Numbered from the stretch's first letter, positions 8,448 to 18,402 are shown. The stretch is DNA of 64,000 bases from Candidatus Latescibacterota bacterium (GCA_965217585.1 OZ244561.1:1056001-1120000); one strand, 5' to 3'. A program made the numbers and translations. The notes: generated from the letters alone by a model not told the origin.

Positions 8448-10382
8448 TCACCAGCTAAAGATGCGGTTGTCGGTCATGCCAGTACAGGCGTCGATGACCA
8501 GCCAGACCCCGGCGCTGGCAAACTGACCGAGGATCGCCCCCATGAAGAACGGGCGAACGGCGCGGAAGCCGCGCGGTCCCCAGTACTTGAGGACGATGGC
8601 CTTACAAAGCCAAGCCAAAAAGATCGAAAACCAAGAGTGGCTCATCAGCCAGAGGCCGGCGATGGGGAAGCCAATGGGATGTAGAGGCCACCACGTCAGG
8701 TAGTGCCGGGCCAGCATCAAGCCGCCCATGATCGCCGCGCCGATCCCCGTGGAAAACCAGCCTTCCCAGCTAGGCCCGGTAGGGTTGAGCAAAAGGCGAG
8801 TTACAAAGCTCTCGAAAGGGGCGCGGGCACCGCCGCCAAAAAACCAGCGGTTGAGGTTGATGCCGCCGTAGCGGTAGGACAAATCGAGGATCGCCCACAT
8901 CGAGCTAATCATGCTGACGAACACCGCGAGCATCAACGCCCAGAAAAAGGGGCGGTGGCGTCCCTGCTGGCCGTCGAGCAGCTTGAGGGCGTGGGCGGCC
9001 GAGGCCATTACCACGACGCGCAGTTCGGTGGCCCAAGTAAAGGAAAAGCCGAGAGCAGTAATGCCGGTTTCGCCGACTGCGGTCGTGCCGATCCCCGTGG
9101 CGACAAAGCTCTGCGGCATCATCGGCGTGCGTGCCTCGGGCACCCCACTTTCGGCGACGATGCGAGTCAGAGCCACGAAAATGGCAAAGGCGCTGAGCAG
9201 GAAGAGCAGGGCAACCAGCGGCGGCATGCCGCTCAGATAGAGCCAAATCCCGGCAAAACCCAAGCTCGCCAGCGCGCCGCCGACCGCGACTCGGTAGGAG
9301 AGGATCTCATCGGAGTCATCGACATCCTCAGCGTTAAAAAACGCCTTGCGGCACACGTCCTTGAGATGCCCGCGCCCCACCCACAGCGTAAGAACGACTA
9401 GCGCGATCAGTGCCCCCATTTCCTGATGGGCAATCGCCGGTGGATTGACGCTAAAGGTGTCTAATGCCTCGCCAGAGGTGATACCGAGCACTCCGTAGAG
9501 TCCCTTTTGCACATTGACCAGCACATTGCAAAACCACAGGCTGAAGGCGATGTCGAGATTGATCATATAGGCAAAGCCGAGGACCGGAAAGCTGAGCACC
9601 ACCGGCAGATGCACGGTGTCGCGGAAAAGGCTGACGCCCGAGGAAAGCTGGATTTGTGGAAAGACGTGGAAGTAGTTGTGGAAGGCATTGGTCGAAGAGA
9701 TGAGGCAGGGAATGGCAAAGCCGATCCACAAGCTCACACTTTTGAAAAACGGCGGCAGCCGACTCTCGTCACTTTGGCGCACCATGTCGAGCGGCAATTG
9801 CGCGAGCGGATAGATGAGCTTTTCGCGCTCGACCCACTGGCGGCGGAGGACGACGGCAACGCAGATCATGGCGAAGTAAACGGCGACAATCAGGGCGCTC
9901 CAGCCGAGTAAGGGAAGCAGCCAAGCGTCCCAAGGAATGGGCGCGCCCGTGGGCAGGCCCTCGTAGAAGTGCTTGATGGCGCGCGCGTCGTCGGGGACCA
10001 AGAAGTCGCGGATGTAGGGGTGGAACAGGTCGTCCCAGCGATTTTCCGGGGTGGCGAAGTAGAGCCAGGACCCCATGATCGGCAAGAGGTATTCAGAGAG
10101 GCCGCAGGTGGTAATCGCCGAGGCGATGAGCATCATGCTGTAGATCAGTAGCAGCTCGGCGCGGGCGAGGCCGCCGCTGGGGAAGGCGCATTTGTACAGC
10201 GCGTTGAATACGCCGACTAAAAAGAAAAACAGGAACAGCGCCCCAGGAGTGGAAAAGTCTTGGGTCATATACGAGCCGCGCAGGACCATGTTGCAATAGG
10301 GGGCCCCGGCGGCGAGAATAGCGGCGCAGAGCGCGCCCAAGAAGAAGGCTCTGAAGGTGTACCCTGAGCGGGGAAGGGACAT
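8448..10382 (-). CDS. DUF6785/DUF6784-type OPT-like polytopic membrane protein
   Basis: 644 aa with many TM helices. YFATPEN, RRQWVEREKLIYPLAQLP, RIVAESG, YRYGG.N, WWPLHPIG and G.ILG motifs. Confidence 0.85.
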   Translation of the reverse strand: MSLPRSGYTFRAFFLGALCAAILAAGAPYCNMVLRGSYMTQDFSTPGALFLFFFLVGVFNALYKCAFPSGGLARAELLLIYSMMLIASAITTCGLSEYLLPIMGSWLYFATPENRWDDLFHPYIRDFLVPDDARAIKHFYEGLPTGAPIPWDAWLLPLLGWSALIVAVYFAMICVAVVLRRQWVEREKLIYPLAQLPLDMVRQSDESRLPPFFKSVSLWIGFAIPCLISSTNAFHNYFHVFPQIQLSSGVSLFRDTVHLPVVLSFPVLGFAYMINLDIAFSLWFCNVLVNVQKGLYGVLGITSGEALDTFSVNPPAIAHQEMGALIALVVLTLWVGRGHLKDVCRKAFFNAEDVDDSDEILSYRVAVGGALASLGFAGIWLYLSGMPPLVALLFLLSAFAIFVALTRIVAESGVPEARTPMMPQSFVATGIGTTAVGETGITALGFSFTWATELRVVVMASAAHALKLLDGQQGRHRPFFWALMLAVFVSMISSMWAILDLSYRYGGINLNRWFFGGGARAPFESFVTRLLLNPTGPSWEGWFSTGIGAAIMGGLMLARHYLTWWPLHPIGFPIAGLWLMSHSWFSIFLAWLCKAIVLKYWGPRGFRAVRPFFMGAILGQFASAGVWLVIDACTGMTDNRIFSW

Positions 10383-10450
10383 GGTTCACTTTGAAAAGGA
10401 AATTGTCGTGGAAATCAAAGATAAGAAAATCTCGGGGGCCGTCCTCGAAT

Positions 10451-10479
10451 TTGACATTAATAACGTGCCGCGTTATTTA
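10451..10479 (+). promoter_or_regulatory. Sigma70 promoter with overlapping palindromic operator (higBA type)
   Basis: TTGACA at 10451, with an AT-rich -10 candidate about 17 bp downstream. Inverted repeat AATAACG-N5-CGTTATT at 10459-10477. Confidence 0.7.
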
Positions 10480-10500
10480 GAAATTGTCGACTATCATTAG
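10480..10500 (+). pseudogene. higB: Remnant last codons of a deleted HigB (RelE/ParE-type plasmid maintenance killer) toxin
   Basis: GAA ATT GTC GAC TAT CAT TAG = EIVDYH*, the typical HigB C-terminus, directly upstream of the higA RBS. Confidence 0.75.
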
Positions 10501-10509
10501 GAGGCAGAT

Positions 10510-10836
10510 ATGCCTGTAATGCCCCCCATTCATCCGGGAGAGATTTTACTCGAGGAGTTCCTCACGCCCCTGGGCTTGAGCCAATATCGCCTAGCAAAGG
10601 ACATCTCGGTCCCCCCACGCCGAATTAACGAGATCGTTCATGGCCAGCGCGCCATCTCCGCAGACACGGCTCTTCGACTATCTCGCTACTTCGGAACCAC
10701 CGATCGCTTCTGGCTCAATCTGCAGATGCGTTACGATCTGGAGTTGGAGAAAGATCGCTTGGGTGAACGATTGGAGGCGGAGGTACTATCGCTACGGAGC
10801 CGATGCGATGAGCAGCACCCTAGGAATCCTCACTGA
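10510..10836 (+). CDS. higA: HigA family antitoxin (Xre HTH)
   Basis: PPIHPGEILLEEFL, RRINEIVHGQRAISADTALRL and FWLNLQ..YDLE motifs. The tail overlaps the next gene. Confidence 0.93.
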   Translation: MPVMPPIHPGEILLEEFLTPLGLSQYRLAKDISVPPRRINEIVHGQRAISADTALRLSRYFGTTDRFWLNLQMRYDLELEKDRLGERLEAEVLSLRSRCDEQHPRNPH

Positions 10837-12538
10837 GCCCGACGTCCAAGTGCCCATGCGCGACGGCGTGCGCATGGCGGCGCACGTGTTTCGCCCCGAC
10901 GCCGATGGCCGGTTCCCCGGAATCCTGCTGCGCACGCCGTACGACCGCCCAAAGTCTGGATTCGAGCGCTACGTGCGCGCTGGGTACGCCGTGGTCACCA
11001 TGGACTCGCGCGGCCGCTACGGCTCCGAGGGCGACTGGGTGCCGTTCACCGTGGAGCACACCGGCGACGCTGAGGACGGCTACGACTCCGTGGAGTGGCT
11101 GGCGGCGCAGCCCTGGTGCGACGGTAGCGTCGGCACCCTCGGAGCCTCGTACAACGCCTATATGCAGTGGCAGCTAGCCAAGCTGCGGCCCCCACACCTA
11201 GTGGCCATGTGCGCGTACACCATCCCGCTGGAGTTGACGGAAGTCGACTGGCCGGGCGGGTTCCGGCCGGGGCGGCGCATCAAGTGGTGGCTTACCTCCA
11301 TGGCGCCGGACCTGCGCCGCCGGCATGGACTGACGCCGCCACACACGCCGGAGCAAGCGCGGCAGGAGTGGGACGCGGTCGCCGGCGAGGGCCACTGGAT
11401 CGGCTACCTGCCGTGGCTCGACTTCCCCCGCCAGTTGCCGCCTGGGCTGGCGGAGTACGCGAAGGACTGGCTTGAGCACCCGAACCGGCGCGCCTGGAAG
11501 TTCGACGAGGTACACAAGGAAGTAGCCGTGCCGAACCTCGACTTCAGCGGCTGGTACGACCACTGCAACGGCTCGATGCAGCATCTTCAACTCATGCAGC
11601 ACCACGGTCGCACCGAGCGAGCGCGGTCGCAGACGAAGCTGGTCGCCGGCCCGTGGAATCACCCGAGCCTTGGCAGCCGCACGGTGGCCGGATTCGACTT
11701 TGGACCACAGGCCGCGCTCGACCTGCCGGACCTGATCATCCGCTGGTTCGACCACTGGCTCAAGGGGATCGACAACGGCGTCAACCGCGAGCCAGCGGTA
11801 CGCTATTTCGCAATGGCCGGACGACAGGGGCAATGGCGCTCGGCCGACACTTGGCCACCAGCGAACACGACGCCCTGTGAGTACCTGTTGAGCAGCGACG
11901 GCGACGCCAAGTTTGGCGGTTCCGGCCGGCTGTCGATTGACGGCGGGCACACCGACGCCGCAGCCGATCGCTTCGACTACGATCCCCGCAATCCCGTACC
12001 GACCCTGTGGACGCGGGAGTGGTTCACGGGGCCGGCGGACCGCCGCCGTCTAGAAGGACGCGACGACATCCTCTGCTATCGCTCGGAACCGCTGACTGAC
12101 GCCGTGGAAATCGCTGGCTATCCAGAAGCCGTGCTCTTCGTCAGCTCGTCGGCACCGGACACGGACTTTTTCGCGCGGCTGGTGAATGAGCACCCACCCG
12201 CGGCTGGCGCAGGGGGTGAGATGACGAGTGGACCAGCTCCGGAAATGTGCTACGGCCTAGTGCGCGCCCGCCACCGCAACTCCCTCGACGTTGAAGAGTT
12301 GCTGACGCCCGGGGGCTTGGTGGAACTCCGCATCCGCATGGGGCCGACGGCCTGCCGCTTTGAGCCGGGCCATCGCATCCGCCTAGAGATCACGTCGAGC
12401 GACTTCCCCAACCACGATCGCAATCACAACACAGGCAAAAACGACCTAGCCGACACCGAGCTAGTCGTGGCTACCAATGCCGTGCATCACTCGGCAGCCC
12501 AGCCTTCGCGGCTCGTGCTGCCCGTGTCCGAGGGGTGA
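10808..12538 (+). CDS. CocE/NonD family serine hydrolase (S15)
   Basis: VPMRDGVR, RTPY, DSRGRYGSEG, nucleophile GASY, GWYD, GPWNH and SSDFP motifs. Start moved to ATG 10808. Confidence 0.92.
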   Translation: MSSTLGILTEPDVQVPMRDGVRMAAHVFRPDADGRFPGILLRTPYDRPKSGFERYVRAGYAVVTMDSRGRYGSEGDWVPFTVEHTGDAEDGYDSVEWLAAQPWCDGSVGTLGASYNAYMQWQLAKLRPPHLVAMCAYTIPLELTEVDWPGGFRPGRRIKWWLTSMAPDLRRRHGLTPPHTPEQARQEWDAVAGEGHWIGYLPWLDFPRQLPPGLAEYAKDWLEHPNRRAWKFDEVHKEVAVPNLDFSGWYDHCNGSMQHLQLMQHHGRTERARSQTKLVAGPWNHPSLGSRTVAGFDFGPQAALDLPDLIIRWFDHWLKGIDNGVNREPAVRYFAMAGRQGQWRSADTWPPANTTPCEYLLSSDGDAKFGGSGRLSIDGGHTDAAADRFDYDPRNPVPTLWTREWFTGPADRRRLEGRDDILCYRSEPLTDAVEIAGYPEAVLFVSSSAPDTDFFARLVNEHPPAAGAGGEMTSGPAPEMCYGLVRARHRNSLDVEELLTPGGLVELRIRMGPTACRFEPGHRIRLEITSSDFPNHDRNHNTGKNDLADTELVVATNAVHHSAAQPSRLVLPVSEG

Positions 12539-12545
12539 GCTCGGT

Positions 12546-14681
12546 TCAGAAATTGAACCTATAGCTCAATTTCGTCAGCAGTATCCGCTCTGGCTCTGTG
12601 GTGTCGGCTCGATGCTCGTTATAGGCGATATAGAACCGGCTGTTATTCGCGCCGAACGTATAGCTAAAAAGCAGGTTGAGATCGACGGTGTCACGGTGGA
12701 AGCTGCGCTGAAAAAAGCTGCGGATGAACAGATCCCGATGCAAAAAGTACGTCGTCCGCAGCAACAAGACGCGCTTCACCTCGTCTAATGCGCCGGAGGG
12801 GAAATACTCCCAGACAGATTCCGTACTAGAGTCAACAAAGAATCCCTCCCACAAATCGAACCGCAGCGTCCCGGATACGCGGCGGATGTCGCCGAGGTAT
12901 TCGTCCGCAAAGTCGTACTGATCCCGGAGTTGACCGCTGAGGCGGAGCCGGTACTTGCGTCCATTGCCGGTGTCAAAACCGGCATTGAATGAGTCGCCGT
13001 TGTACTTTTTTTTCTGCCATCGCAATTGCCAATTATAGTGGCCGAACCACGCCCGCGAGTCATCCAGCCGCCGTACGTACAGATCGACGTTGCTCCAGCG
13101 CCATTCCCACCCCTCTTCGTTGGTCCGCCGCTCGGCGACAAGATTCTGCCCCAAATAGATATTTCTAATGCCGAGGAAATCGGGACGCCAACCGTAGCTT
13201 CCATAGAGGCTGAATTCTCGCTCGCCGACGTCGGCGTCGTGCGGGATGAAACCGATTTGATCCACGTTGAACTTAGGCTCGATCCAAGATCCCCGAATCC
13301 CAAATGGGAAGCGATCGGAATTGTACCTAAAGCGACCGCTGTGCATTTTGTTGCGGCGGTCCGTGTCTGCACCAAAACTCATGGCCGAATTGAGGAAGAG
13401 CTTAGCATTGTCGTCCAAGCTCAAGACGAGATCGCTGCCTACCGCCTGTTGCCCTAGCGGACCATTTTTCCCGACGGCCAGGGCACCAATAGAGGAATTG
13501 ACCCCTACATCGCGCTTGAGGCGCAGGACGCCGAAATGCGGAGGGTCGCCGTCCCCATCCGATGGGCGATTCCGCGCTGCGATCAGGCCGACGCTGTTCT
13601 TGCCGATCTTCCCCGTTATTTTAGTGCCGGCATCCGGATCGCTAATGCGACGACTGTAGAAGAGATCCATCGCCGTAAACAGCTTTTGGCCTTCGAGAAA
13701 GAAGGGTCGTTTCTCCTCTAAAGAGAGTTCAAATCTCGTCAGGTTTATCTGGTTTTCGTCGGCTTCTATATGGGCGAAATCCGGATTAAAGGTGGTGTCC
13801 AAGGTGAGATTGGAGGCTATACTGTATTTCAGATCGAGCCCGAAATCGCTGGACCAGCCTTCTGCGGACCGACTCCCCACATTGCCATAGCCTCGGGTTG
13901 CATAAGGCAGTACCTCTAGGTGAAGTCCCGGTTTTATGTCTTCGAGTCCATGCAGGTGGCCGGCCTTGGACACTTTCAGGAGATATCGGTCGTCTCTCGA
14001 TATAAACGCCCAGTTGCTATTCTCCGTATAGGTCCGCTCAATGCGCTGGATGTTTATGCCCCACGTATGCTGATCCAATTCGGGAAATCGCAGCGTCTTG
14101 AATGGTATGGCAATCTCGGCACTCCAGCCTTGGTCGTGGATATGGGTTTCGGACTGCCAAATGCCGTCCCAGCTCTGATCGATTCCACCCCAGCCACCGG
14201 ACCCATCGTTTTCGACGCGAAAATCGTTCTGGACGCCGTAGGCATTTATATAGAACCCATAGGCATTTTGGTGGTCGTGATAGGTATCTAAGACGAGACC
14301 GACGAGGTCTAACGGGGAGAACGTGCCGTCCCGCTGCATGATGCGCCCCTTTATATTCCCAGGCTCCGCATCAATCATATTGAGGCCGATGTACAGGTAA
14401 TCGGCGTCGTAGAGTACGTGTATAAAGGTTTGGTTGGTCGCGGCGACGCCCTCTTCGGGTTCGATCAATATGAATCCCGTCGCCGGTGTAGCCCGCTTCC
14501 AGTCCTCATCGTCTAGGACGCCGTCGATGGTTGGCCGGAGGTGCGTTCTGAAGGCCCAAACGTCCTTTTCGCTGGGCTTTTCGTGGGCCGGTGCAGACGG
14601 TGCAACAACGAGCGCAGCCCCTATCATCCAGAGTAGCCATAGGTGTGTACGGAGGCACCTGGTCGGGTATGCCGTGCTCAT
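12546..14681 (-). CDS. CBM9-like / DUF5916 secreted outer-membrane protein
   Basis: Signal peptide, PTIDGVLDD..W, GWSAEIAIPF..LRF, NPDFAHIEAD, EKRPFFLEG and FYSRRI motifs. C-terminal KLSYRFNF barrel-type end. Confidence 0.88.
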   Translation of the reverse strand: MSTAYPTRCLRTHLWLLWMIGAALVVAPSAPAHEKPSEKDVWAFRTHLRPTIDGVLDDEDWKRATPATGFILIEPEEGVAATNQTFIHVLYDADYLYIGLNMIDAEPGNIKGRIMQRDGTFSPLDLVGLVLDTYHDHQNAYGFYINAYGVQNDFRVENDGSGGWGGIDQSWDGIWQSETHIHDQGWSAEIAIPFKTLRFPELDQHTWGINIQRIERTYTENSNWAFISRDDRYLLKVSKAGHLHGLEDIKPGLHLEVLPYATRGYGNVGSRSAEGWSSDFGLDLKYSIASNLTLDTTFNPDFAHIEADENQINLTRFELSLEEKRPFFLEGQKLFTAMDLFYSRRISDPDAGTKITGKIGKNSVGLIAARNRPSDGDGDPPHFGVLRLKRDVGVNSSIGALAVGKNGPLGQQAVGSDLVLSLDDNAKLFLNSAMSFGADTDRRNKMHSGRFRYNSDRFPFGIRGSWIEPKFNVDQIGFIPHDADVGEREFSLYGSYGWRPDFLGIRNIYLGQNLVAERRTNEEGWEWRWSNVDLYVRRLDDSRAWFGHYNWQLRWQKKKYNGDSFNAGFDTGNGRKYRLRLSGQLRDQYDFADEYLGDIRRVSGTLRFDLWEGFFVDSSTESVWEYFPSGALDEVKRVLLLRTTYFLHRDLFIRSFFQRSFHRDTVDLNLLFSYTFGANNSRFYIAYNEHRADTTEPERILLTKLSYRFNF

Positions 14682-14684
14682 TTA

Positions 14685-16859
14685 TCACCTCTCAATTGGG
14701 CTAAGCGTGAGATACTGGTCGAACCACCTGAGCACGCTCTCGTAGTAGTCCCTAGTATCAGCGGCAGACCATGTCATGATGTGTGATTCGCGCTGGTACT
14801 CTCTCATTTCTACGCGCTTGCCCAACCGCCTCAACGCCAAGAAGGTCTCACGGGCGCTCATGGCGGCGGGTTCGTCCTTGCTTCCGCACACAAGCATCAG
14901 CGGCGTCTCAACCTGGTCGAGGAGGAAAAACGGTGAGTTCTCGATGTAGCGCTCTCGTTTTTCCCAGGGTGTGCCTCCGGTGCGTCCCCCGGGGAATTCG
15001 CACCAGCGCATGGCATTGAAATTCGCAACATAGGTGCTCGTCATGTTGACTCCCGTAGGGGCATTAGCGACACCAGCGCGAAAGGCGTTGGTTTGGGTGA
15101 GAAGTGCCACTACGGCGTACCCACCATAGCTGTGGCCTCGCACGCCGACTCGCTCTGAGTCAGCAAGACCCATCTCTACTGCTCGCTGAACGGCAGGGAG
15201 CGTTACCCCCGCAATCTGGGCGATCGGGTCATGGTCCTCTATGATGGCATCTGGGTACATCGCTGCGTAGCCTGCGCCGGTGAGCAATTCGATCTCCAGG
15301 TCGTATAGGTCGAGTCCGGGTACGTGGCGCTCCGAGTTCGTCCTACCTGGATAGACGGTCACAACCATTGGTAGTGCGCCCCTGTCTTCTGCTCCTAGTG
15401 GTGTAAAGATCGCTGCCCTCTGCGTTCGACCATTCACATCTTCAAACTCGATGATCCGCCGCGAGGGAGCCTCCGTCTCCTTGCGCCAGGGGTTCAGTGT
15501 GAGCAGCGTCTTTGGCGTTCCTCCATCCATCGGGTATGCGTCAACCACCTCATCACCGGTCGCAACGCCACGGAGAAAAAAGAGCTCGCGGGTCGCTGCG
15601 GTCGTGAATTCGTTCGCAGCCGGAAGCGGCAGTGCTCGGACGGCCGTTGTTTTTCCAGAATCAGCATTGATACGGACGACACAGGAAGAGTCATCCCGAC
15701 CGTTGCGAGCGCGTCCATATAAATCGCCCCGATCATCCGTTTGCAGAACGGATTCGCCGTGGCGTTGTACGAGGAGATCGACATGGAGTTGGGTAGCGTT
15801 TGGATCTTCGGAGAGGCGATAACCAGTTCTCTCGTCAACAGAGAAAGCGTGCAGTGCGCCATCTTGCAGCCAGACGAGGCGCTTGCCGTCGGCGCTCCAC
15901 CAAGGTGCCTGATAGGGATGCGGAGCAGACTCCAATTCTGCCAGCATAGTAGGCTCCGCCGAGGCGTCCGCCGGGGCGACCCAGAGATGGTGCGGTTCTT
16001 TCGCGGCTCCCGTGACAAAGCAGATCATCTCACTGTCCGGCGACCATGAGAGACAGCTTGCATAGCTGTTGACCTGGACGTCTTCCGCGACGACATGGGG
16101 TTCGAGCCCATCGACCGGTACCACTAAGAGGTCGTGGACGTAGTGCGAGCGACCACCTACAGGGCTCTTGATATAGTTGAGCAGTGCCACTGCTCGCCCG
16201 TTCGGGGCTAAACGAGGAATGTTGAACTTCAAACCAGACCCGTACCGAGCAATAGCACCAGACTTCACATCCACAACACCCACACACATGTCTGCGTCTC
16301 GCCGTTGAAAGAATGGTTGGTTCTGATCGGCATCCAATTCTTTCGGGTCATAGGAGCGAACGATGACTTCGGGGTCCGTGGGGGATACTATCGCTTGGGT
16401 ATCCGCAGGGACGAGCGCCACTACAATGCGGAGGCCATCCGGTGTCCACTGGGGAACGCAGAAGTTCAGACCACAGTGGACGGCAGCGTCCCGGAACAGG
16501 CGCACTTCGCGTGTCCGTCGGTCCCACAAGCCGACACAGGCTTGGGTCTGAGAAGCAACCACGAATGCGGCGAGGGTCTGTCCGTCTGGCGACCACCTAC
16601 CCGCCCAACTCATAGGTGCGTCGGGAAACGGAACTATTGATTCGCCAGTCGCCGTGTCGAGCAGGAGGAGGTGGGCACCATTCGCTTCAAAATGGACGCC
16701 GTGGATCGTGCGGGAACTGCTCCCATCGCCGAGCGGTTCGCGTCGGTTCGCCTCGCTCAGCGTGACCGCGAGCAACTCTCCATCGGGAGAGAGATCCCAT
16801 GGGCAGCGATGGGCAAACTGATTGAGCTTCAGCAAGTCGTCCACGGTGAATGGTCGCAT
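14685..16859 (-). CDS. S9 family prolyl oligopeptidase-like serine peptidase with beta-propeller
   Basis: WSPDG propeller repeats, GHSYGG nucleophile, CGSKD Asp and ESH His. Start at ATG 16859 (MRPFTVDDLL) with AGGAG RBS. Confidence 0.9.
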   Translation of the reverse strand: MRPFTVDDLLKLNQFAHRCPWDLSPDGELLAVTLSEANRREPLGDGSSSRTIHGVHFEANGAHLLLLDTATGESIVPFPDAPMSWAGRWSPDGQTLAAFVVASQTQACVGLWDRRTREVRLFRDAAVHCGLNFCVPQWTPDGLRIVVALVPADTQAIVSPTDPEVIVRSYDPKELDADQNQPFFQRRDADMCVGVVDVKSGAIARYGSGLKFNIPRLAPNGRAVALLNYIKSPVGGRSHYVHDLLVVPVDGLEPHVVAEDVQVNSYASCLSWSPDSEMICFVTGAAKEPHHLWVAPADASAEPTMLAELESAPHPYQAPWWSADGKRLVWLQDGALHAFSVDERTGYRLSEDPNATQLHVDLLVQRHGESVLQTDDRGDLYGRARNGRDDSSCVVRINADSGKTTAVRALPLPAANEFTTAATRELFFLRGVATGDEVVDAYPMDGGTPKTLLTLNPWRKETEAPSRRIIEFEDVNGRTQRAAIFTPLGAEDRGALPMVVTVYPGRTNSERHVPGLDLYDLEIELLTGAGYAAMYPDAIIEDHDPIAQIAGVTLPAVQRAVEMGLADSERVGVRGHSYGGYAVVALLTQTNAFRAGVANAPTGVNMTSTYVANFNAMRWCEFPGGRTGGTPWEKRERYIENSPFFLLDQVETPLMLVCGSKDEPAAMSARETFLALRRLGKRVEMREYQRESHIMTWSAADTRDYYESVLRWFDQYLTLSPIER

Positions 16860-16908
16860 GGCATCACATCTCCTAGTTTGATGTCGCGTAAGATCGGGCG
16901 GATGTGAT

Positions 16909-16936
16909 AAGATAAGGAGACTTGACAAATTGTCAA
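16909..16936 (-). promoter_or_regulatory. Sigma70-like promoter for the S9 peptidase, within a TTGACA-AAT-TGTCAA palindrome
   Basis: Minus-strand TTGACA (16936-16931), N16, TATCTT (16914-16909). Confidence 0.55.
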
Positions 16937-16975
16937 TAAGTATTTATTTATAAATGACTTACGTACATATACCCC

Positions 16976-17004
16976 TTGACAAAATCAAAGACAATCAGTA
17001 TTTT
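16976..17004 (+). promoter_or_regulatory. Sigma70-like promoter with no downstream CDS
   Basis: TTGACA (16976-16981), N17, TATTTT (16999-17004). Confidence 0.6.
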
Positions 17005-17026
17005 ATTTATAGTAATTACAACGACG

Positions 17027-17063
17027 AAGGGGGGTTCCGATTCGGTCGGTAACCCCCCTTTTT
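17027..17063 (+). terminator. Rho-independent terminator-like hairpin
   Basis: AAGGGGGGTTCCGA-TTCGG-TCGGTAACCCCCCTT followed by a T run on the + strand. Confidence 0.7.
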
Positions 17064-17095
17064 GCGGCCTAAAAAAGATTATATAACTCTTGGGT

Positions 17096-18268
17096 TCAAC
17101 GCTGCTGCAAAGGTACGTCGCAGTGAGGTGCCCCATCTGACAGCCTCGGCACCTGCACTTTCCCCGCAATCAGTTCGTCCATCAACTCGTCAAAAGCAGC
17201 GCGGTCCACCGGAAAGGTGACCACCTGCCGTCGCAGCCCCGCCAGCAGGATCCCGCAGATCAGCTCCGTCGTCACGCGGGCACTGGCACCGTCCGTGATC
17301 GGCGTCCCACCGTCGAGGGCCGCAGTCGCGAAGCTGTCGAACAGGGTCGGCGAATCGGCTTCGGCACAATCGACGTCTTCCCAGCTTAGGTCGAGCCGTC
17401 CCACGGGCTGTGCGCCGCCAGCGATCATGGCCGCGAGAGGGCGCTCGTAGCGGACGAGGCGGAACAGGTCGGGCGCGCCGGGGACGTTGGCGTTGCGCTC
17501 GTCCTGAAACAGAATGCTGCCGCGCTCACCGGCGATCTGCCGGTAGTTGAGGCAGCGGTCCCAGGTGCTAAACTGCAAGCTGGCGATTACCCCCGAGTGG
17601 AAGCGCACCGTGGCAATGGCCGTGTCCTCCACCTCGTGCCGATGTCCGCGATTGCCGACGACGGCAGTGACCTCGGCGGGCGGACCGAACAGCCAGCAGA
17701 TTAGGTCAATGTCATGGCTCGCTTGGTTCAGTAGGACGCCACCGCCGGCGTGCTCCCAAGTGCAGCGCCAGCGATCGCGGGTGTAGTAAGCCTCCGCCCG
17801 GAGTTCCAGCCACTGCCAGACGACGCGCTGCACATCGCCAATGACACCCGAATCCACTAGCTGCTTCAGTCGCAGATTGCCGCGGTAGGTGCGGTACTGA
17901 TGCCCAACGGCGAGGATGCGTCCGGCCTGAGCCGCCGTGGCGACGAGGCGATCCGCGTCGGAGACCCTAGTTGCAATCGGTTTCTCCACGTACACATGGA
18001 GACCGCGCTCGAGGGCGGCTAGGGCCATGGGGGCGTGCAGGTGATGAGGCGTAGCTAGGACGACCGCGTCGAGATCGGTCTCGCTGGCGAGCAGCGCGTC
18101 GAAGCCGGTATAGGCGCGGGCGCTCGTGTCACCTACGGCGGCGCACGCCGCAGCTTCGTCGAGATCGGCGACCGCGACTAGGTCAGTCCGCGCATGTTCG
18201 CGGATGGATTGCAGATGGCCGCGGCCGACGCCTTTGACGCCGACAACGGCAGTGCGAAGTTGGCTCAT
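17096..18268 (-). CDS. Gfo/Idh/MocA family NAD(P)-dependent oxidoreductase
   Basis: VVGVKGVG Rossmann start, ATPHHLH, HVYVEKP and GGGVLLNQASHDID motifs. Confidence 0.93.
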   Translation of the reverse strand: MSQLRTAVVGVKGVGRGHLQSIREHARTDLVAVADLDEAAACAAVGDTSARAYTGFDALLASETDLDAVVLATPHHLHAPMALAALERGLHVYVEKPIATRVSDADRLVATAAQAGRILAVGHQYRTYRGNLRLKQLVDSGVIGDVQRVVWQWLELRAEAYYTRDRWRCTWEHAGGGVLLNQASHDIDLICWLFGPPAEVTAVVGNRGHRHEVEDTAIATVRFHSGVIASLQFSTWDRCLNYRQIAGERGSILFQDERNANVPGAPDLFRLVRYERPLAAMIAGGAQPVGRLDLSWEDVDCAEADSPTLFDSFATAALDGGTPITDGASARVTTELICGILLAGLRRQVVTFPVDRAAFDELMDELIAGKVQVPRLSDGAPHCDVPLQQR

Positions 18269-18402
18269 ATCGGGACCTCGATTGATTGAGTAGTGTTGAC
18301 GCAGTGCGATTCCCTATAGATAGGAATTTGCGGATTGGTGCATATTGCGTATCCAATTCCCTCAAAATACTGGTCTCTGCCTGTACATCAATCGAGAGAG
18401 TC

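Noticed and set aside
10640-10807. N-terminal extension of the CocE hydrolase
   Set aside because: Overlaps higA in another frame. Family homology starts at ATG 10808.
16948-17169. 73-aa minus-strand ORF across the AT-rich patch
   Set aside because: Overlaps the Gfo/Idh/MocA 3' end and a terminator hairpin, with no RBS or recognisable motif.
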